Origin: Candidatus Latescibacterota bacterium
GTDB lineage: Bacteria > Latescibacterota > UBA2968
Assembly (NCBI GenBank): GCA_965222605.1
Contig: OZ244960.1
Coordinates: 4,288,001-4,352,000 of the forward strand
DNA length: 64,000 bases
Direction of reading: 5' to 3'
A program made the translations under genes and the position numbers. Of the stretch, positions 48,790-58,711 are shown piece by piece. Every line of letters begins with the position of its first letter. The stretch's first letter is position 1. The notes beneath the pieces were generated by a model, which worked only from the letters and a program-made list of their open reading frames with translations, was not told the DNA's origin and searched no databases.

Positions 48790-51700
48790 ATGGGAAATCT
48801 GAAACTGCTTGTGGTCTGCGTGCTGGCGCTGGGCCTGCTGTGGGGCTACGCCGGGCATGCGGAAGCTGCGACGACCGGTAAAATCACGGGGAAGGTAACC
48901 GACGGGCAGGGCAACCCCCTGCCGGGGGCGAACGTAATTGTGGCCGGAATGCGACTGGGCGCGAGTGCGGACGTGGAAGGGCGCTACCTGATCCTGGCGG
49001 TGTCGCCGGGGAAGCACAGGTTGACTGCGTCGATTGTCGGATACGGGTCGGTGTCGCAGACGGACGTGAACGTGCAAGTCGATTATACGATGACGGTGGA
49101 TTTCATCCTCCAGGAGGAGACGATCCAGACTGGGGAGATCGTGGTGGTGGCGGAACGACCGCTGGTGGAGCGGGACAAGACGACGAGTAAGTACGTAGTG
49201 AGCTCCGAGGAGATCGAGCAGCTTTCTATCGTGCGGGAAGTAGATGAGTTCGTAAGCCTGCAGGCGGGGTCGGTGCCAGACGGGAGCCTCCAGATCCGGG
49301 GCAGTCGGGCCGAAGACGCGACCTTCTACGTGGACGGGGTGCCTATCGTGACCTACGACGGCCAGTCCAGGTTCAACCGGTTCCATGGGGTGAACACCAG
49401 CGCCGTGCAAGAGCTTACCGTGCTGACTGGGGGGTGGGAGGCGGAATACGGCAACGCCCAGGGCGGGATAATCAACATTGTGACGCGGGAGGGTGGTTTA
49501 CGGTATTCCGGACGGTTCGAGTACGTGTTCGAACCGGTGGGGAAGAAGCACTGGGGGAAGGATGTGTACGAGGCGCCGCAGTTCGAGGGCAACCTCCGGT
49601 GGGACGATTCGGACTGGGTGAACGAGACCTACGCAGACAACGACCACCCCGGGCCTGACTTCATCTTCGGCACCGCAGACGACAATGACCGCATCCACAC
49701 GCGGACGGACTACACCGGTGTGACCGGGCACTTCTTCGAGGGATTCTTCTCCGGGCCGCTGACCCGAAGCGCGACTTTTTTCGCCAGCTCGCGCACGGAC
49801 CGGTCGGCCAACGCGTCTCCGGGCGCTGCGAAGCGCATCCCGGCCAACACGCAAAACACAGGGAAGCTGAGCTTGGACCTGACGTTCAATATGAAGCTGA
49901 ATATCGGCGGATTCTACCACCGGACCTGGGGGGACAGCGACGGAAGGGTGCAGATCACCCGCCGTCAGTCCATAGGAGGGTCTAGCGCCGGGATCTCGCG
50001 AGGGATGCAGGACGCCGGGCGGAACCTCTTTCTGCCGTCGGGATCCACGGTGGGGAAATTCACCGACACGGACAACCTGCTCTACGCATTTGCGACGCAC
50101 ACGCTGAGCCCCCGGACGTTCTACGAGGTTCGGCTGTCCTGGTCCTCCGCCAGTCAGGACACGAGCGGACTGCCGGCGATCTCGGAGAACCCGATCAGGG
50201 ACAAGCAAGGGTTCTTCAACCTGCCTCGAAAGGTTCGGGCATTCGAGGTTTCGAGGCGCCACCGGGTCAACTTCAAGGCAGACCTGTCCAGCCAGGTCAC
50301 TTCGGGGCACCTGCTCAAGACAGGGATCGATCTCACCCTGTTCAACTCCTGGGGGTGGGGGTTCGTGCAGGAGAACCCCAGCATCCGGCGGATTAGCTAC
50401 TACGGGGACAACAGCCAGATCGAAGAGGCGATCAGCCCTATCCAACTCACTTTCTACGCGCAGGACAAGATGGAGTTCGAGGGGATGGTCGTGAACGCCG
50501 GGCTGCGGCTGGACGCCTTCTATCCCCGGTTTGATCGGTTCACGGTGCCGGCCTTCCCGTCGACTCCGATGTACAACTCCTACACCCTCCTGCAGAAAGC
50601 GCCCACGACCGCGATGGAGAACCACATAGCAGTCAGCCCCCGGGTGGGGGTGTCTCACCCGATCACGGCCAGTTCCATTATCCGGTTTTTCTACGGCAAG
50701 TTCTACCGGTGGCCGGAATTCCGGACGCAGTTTGGGCGGCAGTTCTTCGCGAACGCGCCGGACCAGGATCTGGACAATAACGGCCAAATCGACGAAGACG
50801 AGAGGTTCAACGGGCTGACCGAGACGGACCTGGGGACGTGGTTCGGGCACTACGGCCTGCCCGAGCAGACGAGCAGTTTTGAGGTGGGCATGGACTGGAA
50901 TGCGGTCTCCGACTACGTGCTGTCGATGACGGCGTTCTACAAGAGCACGGACGACCAGCACAGCTCCAGATCCGGCATGAACTGGAACGACCCCCGCACG
51001 GGCAGTCCGAACCGCACGGGCGTACCGGTGAACCGGTGGTGGGAGGATATGCGGGGGCTGGAGTTCAGCCTGCGAAAGCGGGTCAGTCCCCGGTTCTATT
51101 TCCGAGCGGCGTACAACGTACAGTGGGCGTCCGCGGGTCAGACGAGCCCGAAGGCCTACGGTTGGTACCCGGACTCCACCTGGGTGGCCGCGGGGAACTA
51201 CTGGTACAAGTACGAAGTTGTGAACGGAGAAGAGGTGCCGGTGCCGCTGACGGAGGCGGAGATCCGGGATATCGGACACAATGCGCAGGAGCGCATCCGG
51301 GGATTCCTCGAAGCGGAGGACGAACGCATCCTGATTCCGGTGAAGGACGAGCCGGGGTTCTGGGGGCTCTACAACCCCAACGGGGGGAGCCTCTCCGACG
51401 AAACCGGGCCGTTCTTCGGCTCGGACATCCGGGCCTTCGGGAGTCTGCAGGCCTTCTACCAGACCCCCAGCGACTGGGGCCCGAAGGTGGGGCGAGCCGG
51501 GCTTCTGGGGAACATCCAGTTCAACTTAATCTACCACATCCGAGGGGGCAACCCCTTCGTGTACAGCCCGCCGGAAGGCGGGTCGGAGATCCGGCACCGG
51601 CCGATCCGCACCTGGACGGATTTCAACGCACAGAAGACGTTCCGGGAGCTGGGCGGCAGGGGCCTGAACCTGACCCTGTTCGTGGAGACGTTCAATATCT

Positions 51701-51864
51701 TCGGACAGAAGGACCGGAACGCGGGCAACTTCGACTATGTGCAGTACGGGCTGCGCAAGCCTCGGCCGAACGACCCGAACTACAAGTTGTACGGAGACCC
51801 GAGAGATCGGAGCTTCTGGGGCCGGCCTCGAGATGTCCATCTGGGACTGCGGGTGAGGTTCTAA
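48790..51864 (+). CDS. TonB-dependent receptor with N-terminal carboxypeptidase-regulatory-like domain
   Basis: TGKITGKVTD..PLPGANV, plug motifs IRGSR..FYVDG and GGWEAEYGNAQGGIIN, FYAQDKME, C-terminal PRDVHLGLRVRF. Confidence 0.93.
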   Translation: MGNLKLLVVCVLALGLLWGYAGHAEAATTGKITGKVTDGQGNPLPGANVIVAGMRLGASADVEGRYLILAVSPGKHRLTASIVGYGSVSQTDVNVQVDYTMTVDFILQEETIQTGEIVVVAERPLVERDKTTSKYVVSSEEIEQLSIVREVDEFVSLQAGSVPDGSLQIRGSRAEDATFYVDGVPIVTYDGQSRFNRFHGVNTSAVQELTVLTGGWEAEYGNAQGGIINIVTREGGLRYSGRFEYVFEPVGKKHWGKDVYEAPQFEGNLRWDDSDWVNETYADNDHPGPDFIFGTADDNDRIHTRTDYTGVTGHFFEGFFSGPLTRSATFFASSRTDRSANASPGAAKRIPANTQNTGKLSLDLTFNMKLNIGGFYHRTWGDSDGRVQITRRQSIGGSSAGISRGMQDAGRNLFLPSGSTVGKFTDTDNLLYAFATHTLSPRTFYEVRLSWSSASQDTSGLPAISENPIRDKQGFFNLPRKVRAFEVSRRHRVNFKADLSSQVTSGHLLKTGIDLTLFNSWGWGFVQENPSIRRISYYGDNSQIEEAISPIQLTFYAQDKMEFEGMVVNAGLRLDAFYPRFDRFTVPAFPSTPMYNSYTLLQKAPTTAMENHIAVSPRVGVSHPITASSIIRFFYGKFYRWPEFRTQFGRQFFANAPDQDLDNNGQIDEDERFNGLTETDLGTWFGHYGLPEQTSSFEVGMDWNAVSDYVLSMTAFYKSTDDQHSSRSGMNWNDPRTGSPNRTGVPVNRWWEDMRGLEFSLRKRVSPRFYFRAAYNVQWASAGQTSPKAYGWYPDSTWVAAGNYWYKYEVVNGEEVPVPLTEAEIRDIGHNAQERIRGFLEAEDERILIPVKDEPGFWGLYNPNGGSLSDETGPFFGSDIRAFGSLQAFYQTPSDWGPKVGRAGLLGNIQFNLIYHIRGGNPFVYSPPEGGSEIRHRPIRTWTDFNAQKTFRELGGRGLNLTLFVETFNIFGQKDRNAGNFDYVQYGLRKPRPNDPNYKLYGDPRDRSFWGRPRDVHLGLRVRF

Positions 51865-51882
51865 TAAAAGGAGGACGATACG

Positions 51883-54210
51883 ATGCGTTGTTTGAATAGA
51901 CGGCACATCCTGCTTGGGATCTGCGCGCTGGCTGCGGCCCTGTTTTTCGGGTTCGTTTCGGACCTGAACGCGCAGAATATCCGGCAGTTCGCACACCGGC
52001 AACTGACCCGGTCAAAGATTTGGCACACCTTCCGCAACGGGCTCTCCGGACGGGTGATCCGCCAGCCCGGCTCCCCCTGGCACGCTGGGATGAACTACCC
52101 GGGAGGGTTCATGGACCGCGATGCGTCCGATTTTAACAACTGGTGGGGGCAGTGGACCGTATCGGCGAGGAGGGGCCGGTTTAATCTGCCTTATTCCACC
52201 ACCCGAGGGGAGGGGATCTCCATCCTCATCCCGGACAAGGGAGTCTCTGCGGCCGGGCCCCGCTGGAATACCGATGATATCGTTGGAAAGGTCTATGACG
52301 TGGCCAGCGGTCCGGAGTTCCACCTGGGGTTCGAGACCTACGCCCACTACAAGGGGGGGTACAACTACGCGGAGGAGCGAAGGCCCGGCCCAATGGCCAA
52401 TTACTATCCGGGCGCGCCGGCGGTGGCGCGCGGCCCATTGGAGATTCACAACCACATCTACGGGCGCTACATTGGGGACGACGCCTTCCCCGAGGAGATG
52501 GTGATCTCTCAGTGGACGACGAAGTTCGGGATCACGGTGACGCGAAAGGCGTATGCGTGGAGCTACCCGGATTTCGACGACTTCATCATCCTGGAACTCA
52601 TCTTCGACAACAACGGGGATACGAACGGCGACGGCGTGCCGGACGCCGGGCTGCCCGAGCCGCTCAAGGACGTGTACTTCTCCTTCCAGAACATCGAGAC
52701 CATCTCCTCGGCCGGGATATTTAACACCTGTTGCTCATGGTGGTCGCATAGTGCCTTACACGAGGACGATTACTACCGGTTTACGGGCGCGGCAAACTAT
52801 GACGGTCCGGTTGATTACGCGGACCTGAAGATCAGCTACCACTGGGATGGGGACTCGCCCAACACCTTGTGGGACGATACGGGGGGCCCCTACGTCTCCA
52901 GCCGGCACTCGCCCGGGTTTGCGCACCGGCCGGACAACGAGCTTACGGACGCGATGTATTTGGGGTTTGCGCCGATCGATACCGAGCCGCCGTTTGTTAA
53001 CGACCCGGAGGTCTATGAGGCACCAAAGGTGGCGGACCAGCCGGTGGCGGCGAACTGGTTCCAGATCTTCAGCAACAGCAGCTACACCGAAGCCGATCCG
53101 CAAAAGGACAGCGACGAAGCGATCTTCCAGAAGCTCATTGAGGCGGGCATCGTGGACAACCCGACGGACATCGGGTCCTACGTGCATTCCCAGAGCTATG
53201 GACCCTACGACCTCCCGCCGAACGGGAAGGCGAAGCTCGTGATGGTCTTTGCGGGTGGCTATGGCGGGGAGTTCGAGGACGAGGACGCGGGGGTGGACTC
53301 CCGGGGATTGGGGTTCTACGAGTGGGCGCAACTCGGTCGGCAGGAGGAGCTTCCGAACGGGCTGCCGGTGATGGTGCGGCACGTGCGCCGTGCGCACCTG
53401 GCCTACAACAGCGGCTACGATCTGCCTGATTGTCCGCCGGATGTGGCCACCCAGCACGAGGACAACCCGAATGGGCAGTGGCGCCTCGTCTGGCCGGACG
53501 ATGCGGACCGGGCCGAGGACCCCGATTATTCCGACCCCAACGAGGCGCGCGATGTGGTGGCCTACCGGGTCTATCGGGCTACCTTCAAAATTGAGGGACC
53601 CTGGAAATTGTTGAAGGAGATTCCGGTGGGGGACCCCGCGCACTACGACGCCGCTGCCGGGACATACACCTTCGACGACGAGACCTCTGTGGCCGGGTTC
53701 AATTATAGCTACTCGGTGCGGACGGTGGATAGCGGGCATTCGACCTGGGTTAACAACGACGGGACGATGACACTTGAGGACCTGCCTCTGCAGCTCCAGA
53801 ACCGGGTGAAGAATGGGATGGAGTCCGGGCACTCGGCCCCGGAGCAGCGGATGAATCAGCTCGTGGCTCCCAAGGTGCCCGGCACGGTCGATAAGGACCG
53901 GCTGGAGGAGCCCGTGCGCGTGGTGCCCAACCCCTATCGGGACGACGACTTGCACAAGTACCCGGGCAGCGACCGCATCCGGTTCGTGAACATCCCCCGG
54001 AAGTGCCGGATCTCCATCTTCACCCCTGCGGGGGACCTGATAAGGGTCATCGACCACAACGCCGAGGTCGGTGAGACAGCGTGGGAGCGGCAGATCCCGA
54101 GATCGTTTATCCAGGAGACGGCCAGCGGGATCTACTACTACGTGGTGGAATCGCTGGTGCCCGGGTCGGAGGGAAAGCAGTTCATCGGTACATTCGTAAT
54201 TATCAGGTAG
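51883..54210 (+). CDS. Large secreted protein with FN3-like region and T9SS-type C-terminal domain
   Basis: Signal peptide; YRVYR and YSYSV FN3-like strands; CTD motifs VRVVPNPY, IFTPAGDLIR, ASGIYYYVV, FVIIR. Confidence 0.75.
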   Translation: MRCLNRRHILLGICALAAALFFGFVSDLNAQNIRQFAHRQLTRSKIWHTFRNGLSGRVIRQPGSPWHAGMNYPGGFMDRDASDFNNWWGQWTVSARRGRFNLPYSTTRGEGISILIPDKGVSAAGPRWNTDDIVGKVYDVASGPEFHLGFETYAHYKGGYNYAEERRPGPMANYYPGAPAVARGPLEIHNHIYGRYIGDDAFPEEMVISQWTTKFGITVTRKAYAWSYPDFDDFIILELIFDNNGDTNGDGVPDAGLPEPLKDVYFSFQNIETISSAGIFNTCCSWWSHSALHEDDYYRFTGAANYDGPVDYADLKISYHWDGDSPNTLWDDTGGPYVSSRHSPGFAHRPDNELTDAMYLGFAPIDTEPPFVNDPEVYEAPKVADQPVAANWFQIFSNSSYTEADPQKDSDEAIFQKLIEAGIVDNPTDIGSYVHSQSYGPYDLPPNGKAKLVMVFAGGYGGEFEDEDAGVDSRGLGFYEWAQLGRQEELPNGLPVMVRHVRRAHLAYNSGYDLPDCPPDVATQHEDNPNGQWRLVWPDDADRAEDPDYSDPNEARDVVAYRVYRATFKIEGPWKLLKEIPVGDPAHYDAAAGTYTFDDETSVAGFNYSYSVRTVDSGHSTWVNNDGTMTLEDLPLQLQNRVKNGMESGHSAPEQRMNQLVAPKVPGTVDKDRLEEPVRVVPNPYRDDDLHKYPGSDRIRFVNIPRKCRISIFTPAGDLIRVIDHNAEVGETAWERQIPRSFIQETASGIYYYVVESLVPGSEGKQFIGTFVIIR

Positions 54211-54223
54211 GAGGACCCTTGAG

Positions 54224-55216
54224 ATGGCATACAGGATCTGGTTGATCGTCGTTCCGACGGTCTGGTTCTTCGCCCTCTCCCCTGTTCTGGGGGCCGAGAT
54301 CGGGACTGAAAGCGATTTTGACATCGATGAGAACACCCGGAGCCTGGCGGGGCAGCGGGTGGGAAGGGCGGGTTTTGGATTTTTGAAGATCGGTCAGGGC
54401 GCTCGCCCGGTCGGGATGGGTGAGGCGTTCGTGGCGGTGGCCGACGACATCAACGCGGCCTTCTGGAACCCGGCTGGCCTGACCGAGGTCGAGCGCCTCG
54501 ACTTCCTGTTTACCTACAGCGAGTGGATCGCCGGCAGTATGGTGATGTCCGGGGCAACGGCAATGCAGACGCGGTACGGTGTGGTGGGACTCAGCTTCAT
54601 CAGTCACCAGCCCCCCGCTACTGAGGAGACGACGATCTTAGAGCCGCAGGGCACTGGGGAGATGATGAACATCGGCGACATAGCGGTGGGATTCCTCTAC
54701 GCCAAGCAGTTGACGAACAAGCTCTCCTTCGGGGTGCATTTCCGATGGATACAGGAAAGTCTGCACCTCGAGAACCTCCAGACGGTGGACATGTCGGTGG
54801 GCACCCACTTCGACACCGGATTCAAATCGGTGCGGATTGCGATGAGCTTCCAGAACTTCGGGAAGGACCTCACGCCCGTGGACCGTGCGTTCCCGATGCC
54901 GGCGGTATTCAACTTCGCAGGGGCGATGGAGGCCTATGGAAATAGGGGAGACCCGGTCTGGCTGACGATCGCGTCGAATTTCAATTTCCCCATCGACTAC
55001 GAGGAACGGCTGGTCGTGGGCGGCGAGCTATGGTTGATGAACACGCTGGCGCTGCGCGGCGGGTACAAGTTCAACACCGACGTGGAGGGATATACGCTTG
55101 GCGTAGGGATGAAGTGGGGCCGCGACAATGGCCGCCACATCGCGGTCGATTTCGCCTATTCCCAGTTCGACCTTTTCAATGCCCCGCTGAGGTTCTCGGT
55201 CAATGGAAGTTTCTAA
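54224..55216 (+). CDS. PorV/PorQ (FadL-like) family outer-membrane protein
   Basis: FLKIGQGARPVGMGEAFVAVADD..FWNPAGL, LRGGYKF, C-terminal Phe. Confidence 0.85.
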   Translation: MAYRIWLIVVPTVWFFALSPVLGAEIGTESDFDIDENTRSLAGQRVGRAGFGFLKIGQGARPVGMGEAFVAVADDINAAFWNPAGLTEVERLDFLFTYSEWIAGSMVMSGATAMQTRYGVVGLSFISHQPPATEETTILEPQGTGEMMNIGDIAVGFLYAKQLTNKLSFGVHFRWIQESLHLENLQTVDMSVGTHFDTGFKSVRIAMSFQNFGKDLTPVDRAFPMPAVFNFAGAMEAYGNRGDPVWLTIASNFNFPIDYEERLVVGGELWLMNTLALRGGYKFNTDVEGYTLGVGMKWGRDNGRHIAVDFAYSQFDLFNAPLRFSVNGSF

Positions 55217-55228
55217 CGGCATGCAGGA

Positions 55229-57226
55229 ATGACCGCCTCTTCGCCAGGACATAGGCGCGATCCAGTATCCCTGGGCCGGGACGTCGTGCCCGATATCCGG
55301 CTGCGCAGGACGGTTGTGGTCTTCGCTGCGCTGACGGTGGTACTGGTGGGCGCAGGGGCAACTTATCTCGACTTCAAGACGAACTCCGGGCGTCTGGCGA
55401 TGTCCAACCTGCCCGTGGTCGTGTTGATCCCTTTTGTCTTCTGGCTGCTCACCAACCTGCTGCTAAAAGTTTGTACGCCCCGTCTGTCGCTGTCCACCAG
55501 CGAACTGCGCTTTGTACTCAGCCTGCTGTGGACGGGCGGCATGTTCGCCGGGTTCAACTGGATTACCAGATGGATCGGCGTCATGACTGCGCCCCGGTAT
55601 TATGCCTCGCCGGAGAATCGCTGGGAAGAGCTGATTTTCGATCACCTGCCTTGGTGGCTTTATCCCACCGATGCGCCGGGGGTCTTGGGGCACTTTTACC
55701 TCGGCCTGGGGCACGAAGCTTTGCCGTGGGGCGCGTGGATTCCCCCGGTTTTCTGGGCCGTCTCGGCCGCCGTGGCCATGACGGCCATCGGGCTAAGCCT
55801 CACGGCCCTGTTCCAAAAGCAGTGGATTCAGCACGAACGCCTCACATATCCTCTCGCTCAAGCCTCCCTGGATTTGACCCGCGGTTTCGACCGGCAGGCC
55901 GGGTTGCCGAGACTGTTTCGCTCGCGGCTCTTCTGGGTGGGTTTTGCCGTTGCGGCCCTTCCGTTGCTTTTTAATCTGATCGAATATTGGAATCCCGGTT
56001 TTCCTCACGTTTCCGTTTTCGACCCGTACTACAGCCGCTGGAGCGGCCATCGCGGCATCCAGGTCTCCCGATTCTTATTCCCGGTCTCCTATCGGATCCT
56101 GCCCACCCTGACCGGATTTCTGTTTCTGTGCGACGTCAACATTCTGTTCAGCATTTGGTCGTTATTTGCCGTGGGCCAAACACTACTTCACGGCATGTAT
56201 CGTATCGGTTTATCCGCAGGTCTGAGCGGTCAAAGCGCCAGTCCGGGCGAACTTGGCAACATCTTTTCGCACGGCGCGATGATGGGTCTGTCCGTGTGGA
56301 CGGTCTGGACTGCGCGCGGCCACCTCAAGCGCGTATGCCGCCAGGTACTGCGCCCTGAAAGCACGTCGGATGTCTCTGTCTTCGCACCCCGCCCGGCTTT
56401 TATCGCGCTGATCGGCGGCCTGATTTACCTGGTGTTCTGGCTGCACGCGGTCGGTTTTGGGTGGCTCGCCGCCCTGGCGTGGCTGGGTTTTTTCTGGGCC
56501 GGGGTGCTGACGGCCATGAAGTTTCTCGCCGCCAGCGGCTATGCCTACCTCTTTCCCTACTGGGGCCTCTCGATCGGCGGCGTTACCCAAATCTGGATCG
56601 GGTCGGCCAATATGGCAGAATCCACACAGGTGGGGCTGCGCTTGATCAATGAAGGCAGCCTTGCCGGCTGGCGGCTCATGCCCGTCCTGCCCCAAATCTC
56701 CAGGTTGCGCACGCACGGCATTGCCCGGCTCGTGTTCGCCGGCCTGCTCATCGGCCTGCTATCGGCCGCTCTGTATACGATCTGGTTTTCCTATACCCAG
56801 GGAGCAGCCTCCTTTCAGACCTGGACTTTGCGCGGCCAGCCGGTTAACATGTATCAGGGTATTGCCAACGCCGTATCCGATACCCATCTCACCGTCCCCG
56901 ACCCGGCCAAGATCGCCGTATGGCTGATCGGCGGTGCCACGGTCACTCTGATGATCGTCCTCCAGGTTCGCCTGGCCTGGTGGCCGATCCATCCGGCCGG
57001 CCTCTGGTTGATGTTTGAGTGGTACGTGCGCTACTATTCGGTCAATATCTTTCTGGTTTGGCTGGCCAAAGTCATCGTTCTCAAGTTTGGCGGCATCCTC
57101 CTTTACCGCTGGCTCAAGCCCTGCTGCTACGGCCTGATCGCAGGCTATGCGTTCGCCTTAGGCTGTTCTCTTCTGGTCGATCTGATCTGGTTTTCCGGTG
57201 GTGGCCACTTTATTCACGCCTGGTAA
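55229..57226 (+). CDS. DUF6785/DUF6784-type (OPT-like) membrane protein, paralog 2
   Basis: YYASPENRW, KQWIQHERLTYP, WWPIHPAG, DLIWF..GHFIHAW. Confidence 0.75.
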   Translation: MTASSPGHRRDPVSLGRDVVPDIRLRRTVVVFAALTVVLVGAGATYLDFKTNSGRLAMSNLPVVVLIPFVFWLLTNLLLKVCTPRLSLSTSELRFVLSLLWTGGMFAGFNWITRWIGVMTAPRYYASPENRWEELIFDHLPWWLYPTDAPGVLGHFYLGLGHEALPWGAWIPPVFWAVSAAVAMTAIGLSLTALFQKQWIQHERLTYPLAQASLDLTRGFDRQAGLPRLFRSRLFWVGFAVAALPLLFNLIEYWNPGFPHVSVFDPYYSRWSGHRGIQVSRFLFPVSYRILPTLTGFLFLCDVNILFSIWSLFAVGQTLLHGMYRIGLSAGLSGQSASPGELGNIFSHGAMMGLSVWTVWTARGHLKRVCRQVLRPESTSDVSVFAPRPAFIALIGGLIYLVFWLHAVGFGWLAALAWLGFFWAGVLTAMKFLAASGYAYLFPYWGLSIGGVTQIWIGSANMAESTQVGLRLINEGSLAGWRLMPVLPQISRLRTHGIARLVFAGLLIGLLSAALYTIWFSYTQGAASFQTWTLRGQPVNMYQGIANAVSDTHLTVPDPAKIAVWLIGGATVTLMIVLQVRLAWWPIHPAGLWLMFEWYVRYYSVNIFLVWLAKVIVLKFGGILLYRWLKPCCYGLIAGYAFALGCSLLVDLIWFSGGGHFIHAW

Positions 57227-57335
57227 TACGAGGAGCATGGAGAGGAGATGGGGTGAAGAATCCGGAGATTGGGGATAGGGGAGATATGAACAGCTTTTTT
57301 TGGAAAATTCAACCCGTACAGGAGTGCGTAGCCCT

Positions 57336-57641
57336 ATGGAAGCCGTGAAATTCGACTCGTCAACCATGCCGCGTCAGCGGCTGCTTTACTTGCATGCCCG
57401 CACGCCCAGCGTCTTTTCGGAGATCCTGGGCTTCACGCCGATCGAGCCGATCGAGGGATACAGAGCGGAGATCGCCGCCGAAGCGCAGGAGTGGCCCTAC
57501 CAGACCGTGCACGATGCTCTGGTGGATGGCTGGCAGATTGTGCAGTTTCCCCACCTGCAAGCGCCCTTTAGCGATCAGGACCTGGACGTGGTCGGCTACG
57601 AGTTCATTTTACAAAGACTGGAGATCATCGATGACCAATAA
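57336..57641 (+). CDS. Small hypothetical protein overlapping the PhyH gene
   Basis: RQRLLYL...PYQTVHDALVDGWQIVQFP...GYEFILQRLE; its end overlaps the PhyH start. Confidence 0.7.
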   Translation: MEAVKFDSSTMPRQRLLYLHARTPSVFSEILGFTPIEPIEGYRAEIAAEAQEWPYQTVHDALVDGWQIVQFPHLQAPFSDQDLDVVGYEFILQRLEIIDDQ

Positions 57642-58410
57642 AGAACACCTACTTACCGACGTGGAGGTAGCCCGGTTTATCGTCAACGGCTATCACATTG
57701 TGGAGCCCGACCTGCCGGAAGGCCTGAACGAAGGGATCGCGCGGCAGTTGGATGAACTGGATTCCAATCCCGGCGCCGCAATCACCGATGTGGTGCCCGA
57801 CCTGTGGCAGGTGCTGGAGCACCCGGCCTTGAGAGGGGTACTGGTCAGCCTGCTCGGCCCTGACTACGAGGTGCTGTCCCCGCGGCACTGGCACTGCAAA
57901 CCGCCCGGTTCGGACCACATGCAGTGGCACCAGGATGGCACTAACAACCGGGCAACCCGCATCGACCACTTCCTGGGGCTCTATTACCCCCGCGACGTCA
58001 CCACAGAGATGGGGCCAACCATTATCGTGCCCGGTACGCAGTTCCGGAATGCGCCCACCGACCGCATGGCCACCTACACCAATATTCGCGGGCAGGTCCC
58101 GCTGGTGATCAAGGCCGGCACGGTCGCCCTTACCCACTACGATCTGTGGCACGGCACGGCGGCCAACCGCTCCGGCGTCAAGCGCCATATGGTCAAGTTT
58201 CACTTCCAGCGCACCCAGGAGAACAGCGAACCGACCTGGAACCACGACCCCGAGGAGCTCAACAGGCCGCACGACTGGAACCTGCGCGACAGGGCCGAAG
58301 ATGTGAACAATATTCTCACGTTCGGCAACCCCCTGGGCGTGTCCCAGAGCGACAACTACAAGGAACGCGCCATTCGACGCAAGTGCTGGAACTCCCTGAT
58401 GGGAGGTTAG
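57631..58410 (+). CDS. Phytanoyl-CoA dioxygenase (PhyH) family Fe(II)/2OG oxygenase
   Basis: FIVNGY, WHQD (HxD), GPTIIVPGT, DLWHG..NRS..R; GGAG before ATG 57631. Confidence 0.9.
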   Translation: MTNKEHLLTDVEVARFIVNGYHIVEPDLPEGLNEGIARQLDELDSNPGAAITDVVPDLWQVLEHPALRGVLVSLLGPDYEVLSPRHWHCKPPGSDHMQWHQDGTNNRATRIDHFLGLYYPRDVTTEMGPTIIVPGTQFRNAPTDRMATYTNIRGQVPLVIKAGTVALTHYDLWHGTAANRSGVKRHMVKFHFQRTQENSEPTWNHDPEELNRPHDWNLRDRAEDVNNILTFGNPLGVSQSDNYKERAIRRKCWNSLMGG

Positions 58411-58475
58411 AAGGAGTAATCCCAGAAAACCGAATGTGCTGTTTGAGTTTTAGATTGGCTTCCTTTCCCAAACAC

Positions 58476-58510
58476 AAAAAGGGCTTACAAGAAATTCTTG
58501 TAAGCCCTTT
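58476..58510. terminator. Long perfect hairpin between PhyH and the tRNA fragment
   Basis: AAAGGGCTTACAAGAA-A-TTCTTGTAAGCCCTTT. Confidence 0.75.
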
Positions 58511-58522
58511 ATTTTAATTTTA

Positions 58523-58567
58523 TGGTGGGCGATACTGGATTCGAACCAGTGACCTCCTGCTTGTAAG
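58523..58567 (-). repeat. 3' half of tRNA-Val(TAC), att site of an integrative element
   Basis: Minus strand CTTACAAGCAGGAGGTCACTGGTTCGAATCCAGTATCGCCCACCA gives anticodon loop, T-arm and CCA; D-arm and 5' acceptor strand are missing. Confidence 0.88.
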
Positions 58568-58711
58568 CAAGAACACCTAAAAACTCACGATACGCGCAAT
58601 GTTTGCTATATCAATAAGTTACAAGATCACTTAAAAAGTCCTTCAGCTCTGGTGTCGTCTTGTGCATCCTCTATCAATTCTCCAGAAGTTCGACGTCATG
58701 ATTTTGTTTTT

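Noticed and set aside
49498-54336. Long antisense ORFs (593 aa at 49498-51279, 526 aa at 52756-54336)
   Set aside because: They shadow GC-rich plus-strand genes with clear motifs; they are Val/Pro/Arg-rich with no motifs, the usual antisense artefact
30464-58510. Similar AAAGGGCTT...AAGCCCTTT hairpins at 30464-30500 and 58476-58510 as island-bounding repeats
   Set aside because: Similarity is limited to the stem, the loops differ, and no tRNA fragment accompanies the first; more simply a shared terminator type
58523-58567. Functional tRNA-Val gene
   Set aside because: D-arm and 5' acceptor strand are absent, so it cannot fold as a cloverleaf; treated as an att fragment
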